A stretch of 60,706 nucleotides of DNA. Source: Candidatus Saccharimonadota bacterium. Lineage in GTDB: Bacteria > Patescibacteriota > Saccharimonadia > CAILAD01 > BJGX01. The DNA lies in NCBI GenBank assembly GCA_014191035.1, contig BJGX01000004.1:1-60706 (forward strand), read 5' to 3'. The notes under the pieces were generated by a model. It saw only the letters and a program-made list of their open reading frames with translations, ran no database searches and was not told where the DNA came from. The translations under genes and the position numbers were made by a program. Shown piece by piece: positions 48,692-59,838 of this stretch. The number at the start of each line of letters is the position of its first letter. Position 1 is the stretch's first letter.

Positions 48692-49283
48692 AAGTAGCGG
48701 AAAATCTCCAGAAACTAAAGGTATAGGTGGCAAGGAGCTTAAAAAACTCTCCCCAGAGACTCAAAAGCTGACTTCGGCAGAACGCGAGGCTTTAGAGAAA
48801 GATTTAGCAGCTCGTGGTGAAAAAGCAGAAAAAGTAATTGAAAAGCACACCAGAGAGAAAGAGCCTGTTATAAAGTCAGAAGAATCTCACCACGAAAAGT
48901 CCAAAACTGTTGGTGAAGGAGCAAGCCATAAAAGTGCTCATCGCCCTAAGCCAAAAACCGAGCGCGAAAGAAGAGCAGTTTATAACTCCGAAATAAAAAA
49001 AATTCAAAAGGACATGCCGCCCGTCCAAAGAGTGTTTTCTAAGCTCATACACACAAATTCGGTAGAAAAAATCAGCGATGCCACCCAAAAAACAATTTTT
49101 AGACCGTCGGCAATTATAGCCGGATCGGCGGTGGGTCTAACCTTGGGCATTTTGGTTTATATAATTGCAGCTATCAACAATTACAGTCTTGGCAATTTAG
49201 AGATACTATCTTTTGCAGTATTAGGCGCTCTTATTGGCCTTGTACTGGAATATATCATCAACAGAGCTAAGCATAAAAAATAG
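48678..49283 (+). CDS. Hypothetical protein with a charged N-half and two C-terminal TM helices
   Basis: Overlaps the preceding gene by 14 nt. No family recognised. Confidence 0.4.
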   Translation: MASPESSGKSPETKGIGGKELKKLSPETQKLTSAEREALEKDLAARGEKAEKVIEKHTREKEPVIKSEESHHEKSKTVGEGASHKSAHRPKPKTERERRAVYNSEIKKIQKDMPPVQRVFSKLIHTNSVEKISDATQKTIFRPSAIIAGSAVGLTLGILVYIIAAINNYSLGNLEILSFAVLGALIGLVLEYIINRAKHKK

Positions 49284-49375
49284 CCTCGGGACACCATTTT
49301 TTAATTGATTCTAATCTTATATTCACCTATAATGAATATATAAATAAGCAATACAAAAGCTTATTATTTGTTTGA

Positions 49376-51463
<2,088 letters not shown>

Positions 51464-51464
51464 A

Positions 51465-54032
51465 ATGGAAGATGAATTGAAAACACCAGAAGAATCAAAC
51501 GAAATAATTGAAGCTACCAAATTTAAGGCTGAAAAAACCGAATTTGGGCTAGTTGCACCACAAACTATTGAATCAGAAATGGAAAAGAGCTACTTGGATT
51601 ACGCGATGAGCGTTATTGTTTCTCGTGCACTCCCAGACGTTCGTGACGGCATGAAGCCTGTGCACAGGCGTATCTTGTATGCTATGCATACATTGGGTCT
51701 TCGAAGCACTGCCAAGTACCGTAAGTCGGCTACTGTAGTCGGTGAAGTTTTAGGTAAATACCACCCGCACGGCGACTCTTCAGTATACGAAGCTATGGTG
51801 CGTATGGCTCAAAACTTCAGTATGCGCTACATGCTTGTAGATGGTCAGGGTAACTTTGGTTCAATGGATGGAGACGGTGCCGCCGCTATGCGTTATACCG
51901 AAGCCAAGATGACCAAGTTTGCCGAAGAAATGCTAATCGATATCGATAAAGATACAGTCGATTTTATGCCCAACTACGATGGTTCACAAAGAGAGCCAAA
52001 AGTATTGCCAGCCAAAGTTCCGAATCTACTCTTGAATGGTGTGCAGGGTATTGCAGTTGGTATGGCAACCAACATACCAACCCACAACCTAACTGAAATT
52101 GTTGATGGTGTAATTTATATTATCGATAACCCAGAAGCAACAATTGCGGATCTTACCAAGATTGTTAAAGGCCCCGACTTCCCTACTGGAGGAATAATTT
52201 TTGATGATGGTGGAATTGCCCAGGCCTATGGAACTGGTCGTGGAAGTATAACTATGCGTGCAGTTGCCGAAATTGAAGAAGACAAAAAAGGTAAAGAGCG
52301 AATTATCATCACCGAAGTTCCTTACCAGACCAACAAAGCTAGTTTGGTAGAAAAGATCGCCGATCTTGTAAAAGACAAAAAGATAGTAGGTATTTCAGAT
52401 CTTCGAGATGAGTCAGCCAAAGAAGAGGTTCGTATTGTAATTGAGCTTAAAAAAGATGCTTATGCAAATAAGATCTTAAATCAGCTATACAAACTTACCC
52501 CAATGCAAACAGCTTTTCATGTAAATATGTTGGCATTAGTCGATGGAATTCAGCCGCGCATTTTGAATTTAGAAATGGTCCTTAGATATTATCTAGACCA
52601 CCGTAAAGTCGTAGTGCGCCGTCGTACAGAATTCGAACTACGTAAGGCCAAGGATAGAGCTCATATCTTGGAAGGCTTGCGAATTGCATTAGATCAAATC
52701 GATGCAGTAATCAGTACAATCCGTGAATCAGACACCCAGGACGAAGCTCGTAAAAACTTAATGGAGCGATTCAAGCTTACCGAAATTCAAGCCAATGCAA
52801 TCCTTGCGATGCAACTTAGAACTCTCGCAGGCCTGGAAAGAAAGAAAATAGAAGACGAATACGAAGAGCTACAAAAGCTAATAAAAGAGTTAGAAAAAAT
52901 ATTAAGTAGCGAAGCAAATATCTTAAAAGTAATTCGCGAAGAACTCGAATACATCAAGGAGAAGTATGGAGACAAGCGTCGCACCCAAATAGTTAAAAAG
53001 GCGATTGGTAACTTCAAGGATGAAGATTTAATACCCGACGAAGAAGTCGTAATAACTCTAACCAAGGGTAACTACATTAAGCGTATTGTGGCTAGCGAAT
53101 ACCGAGCTCAAGGACGCGGAGGCAAGGGAAAAATTGGTATGGCAACCAAGGAAGAAGATGTTGTCGAACATGTAGTACAGGCAAGTACACACGACACTGT
53201 ATTGTTTTTCACAACCCTAGGGCGTGTATTTAAACTCAAGGTTTATGAAATACCACCAGCCAGCCGGATAGCCAAGGGCCAATCAATTGCAAATGTTCTT
53301 AGTTTAAGCCCTGAGGAAAAAGTTACCTCACTTGTTTCTATGAAAAAAGACGACGCCTCAAAGTATCTGTTTATGACTACCAACAACGGTACCATCAAAA
53401 AGACTGCCCTATCGGACTTTGCCAATATCCGACAGAGTGGAATTGTTGCAATCAAGCTAGACTCGGGAGATAAGCTCAGTTGGGTTAAAAAGACAGCCGG
53501 CGATGAAAATATCATTATATCTACCGCAATGGCTCAAGCAATTAGGTTCAAAGAGTCCGATGCTCGACCAATGGGTCGTGCAACCCGTGGAGTTCGAGGC
53601 ATACGCTTGCGTAAAGATGACAAAGTGGTCGGTATGGATGTAGTGAGTGGTGAGGATCAATTGCTACTAGTTATCATGGAGAATGGCTATGGCAAGATTA
53701 CCAAGAGCAGTCATTTCTCTACTCATAACCGTGGCGGTGTTGGAATTAAAGCCGGAGTTGTAACTGCCAAAACTGGTAAGGCTGTTGATGTTAGAATCAT
53801 TAACTCTCGCGAGGATGATGTACTAATTATTTCAAAACAAGGGCAAGTGATTCGACTAAAACTCAGCGAGATACCTGTAATTGGTCGCTCTACCCAAGGT
53901 GTTCGTATTATGCGGATGTCCGAGGGCGACAAGATTGCCTCGATTGCCTTGCTACCTAAAATGCAAGAAGAAGCGACTGAAGTTGAGCCTAAAGAAGAAA
54001 AAGATAACGAAGAAAAGCCCAAAAAAGCATAA
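51465..54032 (+). CDS. gyrA: DNA gyrase subunit A
   Basis: [44 protein letters not shown] (catalytic Tyr) and a C-terminal beta-pinwheel repeat region. Confidence 0.95.
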   Translation: MEDELKTPEESNEIIEATKFKAEKTEFGLVAPQTIESEMEKSYLDYAMSVIVSRALPDVRDGMKPVHRRILYAMHTLGLRSTAKYRKSATVVGEVLGKYHPHGDSSVYEAMVRMAQNFSMRYMLVDGQGNFGSMDGDGAAAMRYTEAKMTKFAEEMLIDIDKDTVDFMPNYDGSQREPKVLPAKVPNLLLNGVQGIAVGMATNIPTHNLTEIVDGVIYIIDNPEATIADLTKIVKGPDFPTGGIIFDDGGIAQAYGTGRGSITMRAVAEIEEDKKGKERIIITEVPYQTNKASLVEKIADLVKDKKIVGISDLRDESAKEEVRIVIELKKDAYANKILNQLYKLTPMQTAFHVNMLALVDGIQPRILNLEMVLRYYLDHRKVVVRRRTEFELRKAKDRAHILEGLRIALDQIDAVISTIRESDTQDEARKNLMERFKLTEIQANAILAMQLRTLAGLERKKIEDEYEELQKLIKELEKILSSEANILKVIREELEYIKEKYGDKRRTQIVKKAIGNFKDEDLIPDEEVVITLTKGNYIKRIVASEYRAQGRGGKGKIGMATKEEDVVEHVVQASTHDTVLFFTTLGRVFKLKVYEIPPASRIAKGQSIANVLSLSPEEKVTSLVSMKKDDASKYLFMTTNNGTIKKTALSDFANIRQSGIVAIKLDSGDKLSWVKKTAGDENIIISTAMAQAIRFKESDARPMGRATRGVRGIRLRKDDKVVGMDVVSGEDQLLLVIMENGYGKITKSSHFSTHNRGGVGIKAGVVTAKTGKAVDVRIINSREDDVLIISKQGQVIRLKLSEIPVIGRSTQGVRIMRMSEGDKIASIALLPKMQEEATEVEPKEEKDNEEKPKKA

Positions 54033-54088
54033 GTCTTTTGCCAAGCCAATCTGAATTGTAGTATTATATAGTCAAAGAAAGGCTATAA

Positions 54089-54652
54089 ATGCTGCAATCG
54101 TTGCCAAAATTTTTAAGGCATAAACTAACTGGGGGTTTTATAAACCCGTCCTCAATTGTTGAGGGAATCGATATTAAAGAGGGGCAAAAAGTACTCGAAA
54201 TTGGCAACCCTATCGGATATTTTGCTCCTGCATTACTTAACAAGGTTGGCTACGACGGGAGAGTTTTTGTTGCTGGTCCAAATAGAGATTCGTTTGGTAA
54301 GCTTTCTCACTTATCAGAAAAAAAAGGCTTGAGGTTCGTATTACTCGCAGATCTTCTGACCGGAGATGGTGTCAGCCCAGGAGATATAGATGTAGTTTTT
54401 TTAACTAATCTTTTGTCTAGCACAGTGAATCCTGATTCATTTTGTCTGTCTATTGGTCAGTACTTAAAGTCTGATAGCGAGGTCATATTAATAGATTGGG
54501 ATGTTAAAGATAAAAATGTAGGACCCTCGATAGAGCAAAGGGTTACTAAAGAAGAGGCTCTCAAGCTTATGCACAGCTGTGGAATGCAATTTAAAAGAAT
54601 TTTAGACCTGCCTGGATACCATTACGGGTTAGTATTTAGCTTTAAGCCCTAA
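54089..54652 (+). CDS. Possible class I SAM-dependent methyltransferase-like protein (degenerate motif I)
   Basis: VLEIGNPIGYFAPAL resembles motif I, with DVVFLTN following. A weak call. Confidence 0.4.
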   Translation: MLQSLPKFLRHKLTGGFINPSSIVEGIDIKEGQKVLEIGNPIGYFAPALLNKVGYDGRVFVAGPNRDSFGKLSHLSEKKGLRFVLLADLLTGDGVSPGDIDVVFLTNLLSSTVNPDSFCLSIGQYLKSDSEVILIDWDVKDKNVGPSIEQRVTKEEALKLMHSCGMQFKRILDLPGYHYGLVFSFKP

Positions 54653-54706
54653 GGCTAGACGGTGGAAGTATATAAGGTTATGATTACATTATAAGAGGGG
54701 ATAATT

Positions 54707-55546
54707 TTGATAACACCATATCTATATGTACCAATAATTGCCTGGCTTTTGGCTCAAATCATTAAGACTACCATCGAAGTTATTAAGGGTGATGCTGATG
54801 TAAAGTATTTGTATGCATCCGGAGGCATGCCTTCGGCTCACTCAGCTGTCGTTGTTTCTTTAGCTGGTTATACCTTCTATCACCAAGGCGCCAATAGCCC
54901 TCTATTTGGCGTAACGGCGATTATCGCAGGCATTGTAATGTATGACAGCTTTGGAGTTCGTCGAAGCTCAGGTGAGCAGGCTAAGACTTTAAACAAGCTT
55001 ATTGGCGAGATGGCACGGAATGGAAATCTAAGAAAGCCAGATGATTTCGAAAAGCTGCGCGAAGTGTTGGGCCATCAGCCACTCGAAGTTATTGTAGGAG
55101 CAATGCTCGGAGCATTAGTGGCAACTTTGTTTAGCCTTGATGAGCTAAGCCCAATAATCAATTGGCTTACTAGCCTACCCTCGCGCAATGAAATTTATGG
55201 CCTATTCATAATAGCTGCGTTCATTGGTATCGGTACGATAGCCTATTTCATACTTGCTCGTAAGAAACTCAAAAAGAATAAAAAAGTATACGAATTATTC
55301 AAATACATATTATTAGTAAATATAATTATTGGATTGGGTTTGGTTTTCTCTTCTGTTGTTGCTTTAGAATCAATTGCTCCATATGGTCAAAGGTGGTTAT
55401 CTGTATTTATATTAACGGCCTGGCTAATATTTATGCTAATTGCAATCTGGCGCTGGGTTAGTCTCCAGAGAGTTGAGAATTTTGAAGACGTTATTATAGA
55501 AGAGCGTAAAAAGAACTGGCTCAAAAAAGCTGGCAAAAAGAAATAG
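54707..55546 (+). CDS. Divergent PAP2 (acid phosphatase/vanadium haloperoxidase-related) family protein with an extra C-terminal multi-TM extension
   Basis: GGMPSAHSAVV...FGVRRSSGEQA...LGHQPLEVIVGAMLG. TTG start with a GAGGGG SD. Confidence 0.65.
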   Translation: MITPYLYVPIIAWLLAQIIKTTIEVIKGDADVKYLYASGGMPSAHSAVVVSLAGYTFYHQGANSPLFGVTAIIAGIVMYDSFGVRRSSGEQAKTLNKLIGEMARNGNLRKPDDFEKLREVLGHQPLEVIVGAMLGALVATLFSLDELSPIINWLTSLPSRNEIYGLFIIAAFIGIGTIAYFILARKKLKKNKKVYELFKYILLVNIIIGLGLVFSSVVALESIAPYGQRWLSVFILTAWLIFMLIAIWRWVSLQRVENFEDVIIEERKKNWLKKAGKKK

Positions 55547-55557
55547 AGTAAACTAGC

Positions 55558-55586
55558 TTGACATAGGTGTAAATAACCTGTAAAAT
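55558..55586 (+). promoter_or_regulatory. Sigma-70-like promoter for the 16S rRNA gene
   Basis: TTGACA (55558-55563), 17-nt spacer, TAAAAT (55581-55586). Confidence 0.55.
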
Positions 55587-55689
55587 TCTATCTAGTTTTT
55601 GCTTACCATTCAAAGCGGACTATAAAATAAAACAGCAGACAGATTAGAAAGTCAGCTGATTTATTTTTCACGTTTTAGGGGCAAAGCAT

Positions 55690-55725
55690 CTTGAGAAGTG
55701 AATAGTGCTAGAAACAACGACTCGT
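55690..55725 (+). promoter_or_regulatory. 5' strand of the 16S leader-trailer processing helix
   Basis: cttgag...aatagtgctagaa...cgactcgt is complementary to 57434-57466. Confidence 0.7.
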
Positions 55726-55786
55726 TAATTTCTTTTTTGGTCACATTTTTTTAAAAAAGTGACACCCCAAGATGAAAATCTTCAAA

Positions 55787-57305
<1,519 letters not shown>

Positions 57306-57433
57306 AGGGAGTAATCGTCCAAGCAATTGGATCTGTAGACAAGAGGCTACAGTCATATATCGAAAACTGGTTTACCAGATTAGTAGAGTGAGTACTTCTA
57401 GGTCGAATCTGTCCTAGAGACAGATTGTTACTG

Positions 57434-57466
57434 ACGAGTCGCTTCTAGCACTATTTACAGCTCAAG
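57434..57466 (+). promoter_or_regulatory. 3' strand of the 16S leader-trailer processing helix
   Basis: acgagtcg...ttctagcactatt...ctcaag pairs with 55690-55725. Confidence 0.7.
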
Positions 57467-57471
57467 AAAAA

Positions 57472-57489
57472 ACACCCCATATGGGGTGT
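57472..57489. terminator. Bidirectional hairpin terminator, ending the 16S unit (+) and the 86-aa gene (-)
   Basis: acacccc-atat-ggggtgt, flanked by A6 and T-rich runs. Confidence 0.65.
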
Positions 57490-57491
57490 TT

Positions 57492-57752
57492 TTATTTTTC
57501 GGTACTTAATCCGCCGAACAAATTAGAGAACGCCCCACCAAGTGGTCCGCTTAAAAATCCTAGTGCACCACTTAAAATTAGTAGTCCACCTAATATCATT
57601 ATTATTCCTATGAGCTTTATAAAGCCCCTGCTAGTGCCCGGGAATTTTCTTTCTATAAAGCTAAGATTTCCGGTGAAGTTATATATTTTTTCACCAAAGA
57701 CAACAATTAGTACCCCAACAATAATTATGATTAGTCCCCAGACAATATTCAT
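57492..57752 (-). CDS. Small (86 aa) glycine-rich membrane protein (hypothetical), antisense to the rRNA/tRNA direction
   Basis: Two or three TM helices. TAAAAT (57764-57759) lies 6 nt upstream of the ATG. A terminator sits at the stop. Confidence 0.5.
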   Translation of the reverse strand: MNIVWGLIIIIVGVLIVVFGEKIYNFTGNLSFIERKFPGTSRGFIKLIGIIMILGGLLILSGALGFLSGPLGGAFSNLFGGLSTEK

Positions 57753-57793
57753 ATTATGATTTTAGCATAAATAGTTTTGACAATATAATATCC

Positions 57794-57822
57794 TTGAAAT
57801 TTAAGCGTTTTCAGGTTACAAT
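57794..57822 (+). promoter_or_regulatory. Sigma-70-like promoter for the tRNA-Ile/tRNA-Ala unit
   Basis: TTGAAA (57794-57799), 17-nt spacer, TACAAT (57817-57822). Confidence 0.5.
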
Positions 57823-57844
57823 AGTGTGGTTATTTGGCCAAAAT

Positions 57845-57921
57845 GGGACCGTAGCTCAGCTGGTTAGAGCGCGTCACTGATAATGACGAGGTCGGAGGTT
57901 CGAGTCCTCCCGGTCCCACCA
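57845..57921 (+). tRNA. tRNA-Ile (anticodon GAT), CCA encoded
   Basis: Cloverleaf: GGGACCG/CGGTCCC acceptor, anticodon loop CTGATAA, T-arm GGAGG-TTCGAGT-CCTCC. Confidence 0.95.
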
Positions 57922-57924
57922 TGA

Positions 57925-57961
57925 GGGGAGCGCGCCGGCTTCGGTCGGTAGCTCTCCACCA
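57925..57961 (+). ncRNA. tRNA-Ala-like acceptor minihelix (37 nt) ending in ACCA
   Basis: GGGGAGC pairs with GCTCTCC (G3:U70 wobble). Then a 3x2 internal loop, a CCGGC-UUCG-GUCGG stem-loop, and 3' ACCA. Confidence 0.5.
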
Positions 57962-57971
57962 TAAATATTTT

Positions 57972-58048
57972 GGGGCATTAGCTCAGTTGGCTAGAGCACC
58001 TGCTTTGCAAGCAGGGGGTCCGGGGTTCGAGTCCCCGATGCTCCACCA
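57972..58048 (+). tRNA. tRNA-Ala (anticodon TGC), CCA encoded
   Basis: Cloverleaf: GGGGCAT/ATGCTCC acceptor with G3:U70, anticodon loop TTTGCAA, T-arm CGGGG-TTCGAGT-CCCCG. Confidence 0.95.
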
Positions 58049-58055
58049 TTCAAAC

Positions 58056-58079
58056 AATCCGCTATTTGGCGGATTTTTT
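58056..58079 (+). terminator. Intrinsic terminator immediately after tRNA-Ala
   Basis: aatccgc-tatttg-gcggatt followed by ttttt. The stem can extend to ttcaaa/tttgaa. Confidence 0.65.
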
Positions 58080-58193
58080 GAATGGACAGTATTGCTCGAG
58101 AACCCAACGCCCGAAAGGGTGGGGTTCGGTGGAATTGAGCCACGCACAGAAGCTTGCTTCGAGCATGGCGAAATGAAAAAGGGCTTGCCCACT

Positions 58194-58212
58194 GTCCCCG
58201 ATGCTCCACCAT
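58194..58212 (+). repeat. Exact 19-nt direct repeat of the tRNA-Ala 3' end (other copy at 58031-58049)
   Basis: gtccccgatgctccaccat occurs at both positions. Confidence 0.9.
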
Positions 58213-58214
58213 AG

Positions 58215-58243
58215 AAAAAACCCACCTTCAGGTGGGCTTTTTC
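58215..58243 (+). terminator. Intrinsic terminator
   Basis: aaaaaa-cccacc-ttca-ggtggg-cttttt. Confidence 0.6.
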
Positions 58244-58346
58244 TATGCATGAATTTCGATAACCCCTTGCCCAGAGGGCGAGGTTCGATATAGTTGAAAA
58301 GACTTATGCTTAGTAGCATAATTAGTTTATAAAGTAAGGATTAATT

Positions 58347-58850
58347 ATGCCAACTAAAAAATCTTCTAAATCAAAATATACTGTCCTAAAAGCAATTTAT
58401 GTAGTGTTTTTAGGATTAATAATTGCCCTATTCTGTGGGCTTGGTGTTGCGGCTTTCTATCAGCAGCCCAAAGAGCCAAAGGCGCCAATAATTGGAAACC
58501 AAACTGTCGAACAAAAGCAGGGACTTGTTGTCGATCAGGCTCAGGTTAATTACGAAAACGAATTTAGAAAATATGAAGAAGAAAAACTAAAACCATATAA
58601 CCGTAATGTATCAATTATTACTCTTGCACTCTCAACACTAATTTTGGTAATAAGCTTATTGCTATCTAATAAACTACCAATTCTCTCAGACGGAATACTA
58701 CTTGGTGCGGTATTTACACTAATCTATAGTATTATTCGCGGTATCTCGGCGGGCAATCCGCGCTTTACATTCATTATTGTTTCGATCGGCTTAGTTATAA
58801 CGGTATTTATTGGCTTCTGGAAATTCCTTCGTAAGTCCAAGAAAAAATAG
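58347..58850 (+). CDS. Hypothetical membrane protein (167 aa)
   Basis: Four hydrophobic helices. No family recognised. Confidence 0.45.
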   Translation: MPTKKSSKSKYTVLKAIYVVFLGLIIALFCGLGVAAFYQQPKEPKAPIIGNQTVEQKQGLVVDQAQVNYENEFRKYEEEKLKPYNRNVSIITLALSTLILVISLLLSNKLPILSDGILLGAVFTLIYSIIRGISAGNPRFTFIIVSIGLVITVFIGFWKFLRKSKKK

Positions 58851-58852
58851 TA

Positions 58853-59341
58853 CTAGCCCCAAATAATCATGAAGGCCATAATGGCCATAATTACGTCCTC
58901 GCCAAGGCTAACAAAGCTCATTGGTAGCTTAAAGACAGTGCCTAAACACGCACACATCAAAACCTTTTTATCTCTTATTCCGTTTAGGGCTCCAATCGAG
59001 TTTATAATCATTAGAATTAAGGTTATCCAGGCGGCCGTAATTACTTCGAAGCGCAGTAAAAACATCAGGCCCAGGCCTATTTCAATAAAGGGGTAAATAA
59101 ATCCATAAAACTTAAATTTCTTTGCGATTAAATCGTACATTCCATACGCCTCAGCAAAGGCTGGTAGTTTAATTAACTTAAACCCACCAAAAACCAAAAA
59201 GAACCCGGCCATGAAATCTAACATTAAGCTCGCCGATAAAAAGTTGCTAGTTATTGCGGCTTTAATAATTACAAAGCCAACAATTACTGCAAAAATAATT
59301 ATTAATGGAACATAGCTGCGCAACTTAAAAACATACTTCAT
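58853..59341 (-). CDS. MauE/DoxX-like small integral membrane protein
   Basis: Four or five TM helices with a CACLGTVFKLP motif resembling MauE-type proteins. TATAAT (59353-59348) lies 6 nt upstream of the ATG. Confidence 0.45.
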   Translation of the reverse strand: MKYVFKLRSYVPLIIIFAVIVGFVIIKAAITSNFLSASLMLDFMAGFFLVFGGFKLIKLPAFAEAYGMYDLIAKKFKFYGFIYPFIEIGLGLMFLLRFEVITAAWITLILMIINSIGALNGIRDKKVLMCACLGTVFKLPMSFVSLGEDVIMAIMAFMIIWG

Positions 59342-59361
59342 AAGCTTATTATAGCAAATAC

Positions 59362-59383
59362 AAAAAAAGCCCCTTTCGGGGCT
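59362..59383 (-). terminator. Intrinsic terminator (minus strand)
   Basis: Minus strand agcccc-gaaa-ggggct followed by ttttttt. Confidence 0.7.
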
Positions 59384-59737
59384 AGAGCTTAAGGAAAACG
59401 CCTGATTACATTCGGGCCTTTTCTTTTACTCTGGATAATGTGGTAGGGGCAGGTCGGGCTAAGCGTTGCACTCATTACAAGCACGCATTCAAGATCTCTT
59501 GGCAGTTCAGGGAAGGCTGCTAGGTACACCCCTTTGGCTTGGTCGGGTGTTCGTGCTTGGGCAAAGATTTTGCCGCACGGGCCCAGCAGTTCGAACACTC
59601 TCTTCGGTGGCTTTTTGCTTTTCCCTTCTTGGGCTGTGGCTTGCAGTGGGCTTGCTTGGCTTATAGTGCGTTTCAATGAGCCTCCAAACTCAAGAAACAG
59701 GCCTACAAACTCACTTATCCTTTCTGTAGGTGCGAAT
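59384..59737 (-). ncRNA. Candidate structured non-coding RNA (about 375 nt including the terminator), class unknown
   Basis: Visibly more G+C-rich than its flanks. A minus-strand TTGACT-16 nt-TAAAAT (59771-59744) lies upstream and a strong terminator downstream. Several nested helices. The overlapping 133-aa ORF has atypical composition. Confidence 0.35.
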
Positions 59738-59838
59738 AAAAGTATTTTATACCCACTATATAATAAGTCAAATAGTAACTTGCAAAACACCTATGCATCT
59801 ATTACACTTATGGTAATCAATGCTAACTTAAAATCAAA

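Noticed and set aside
58260-58300. GGTTCGAT T-loop-like string suggesting another tRNA
   Set aside because: No acceptor, D or anticodon arms can be drawn around it.
57921-58319. Track ORFs spanning the tRNA-Ile/tRNA-Ala region on both strands
   Set aside because: They overlap tRNA genes, the minihelix and terminators. They have no start signals and are mutually overlapping.
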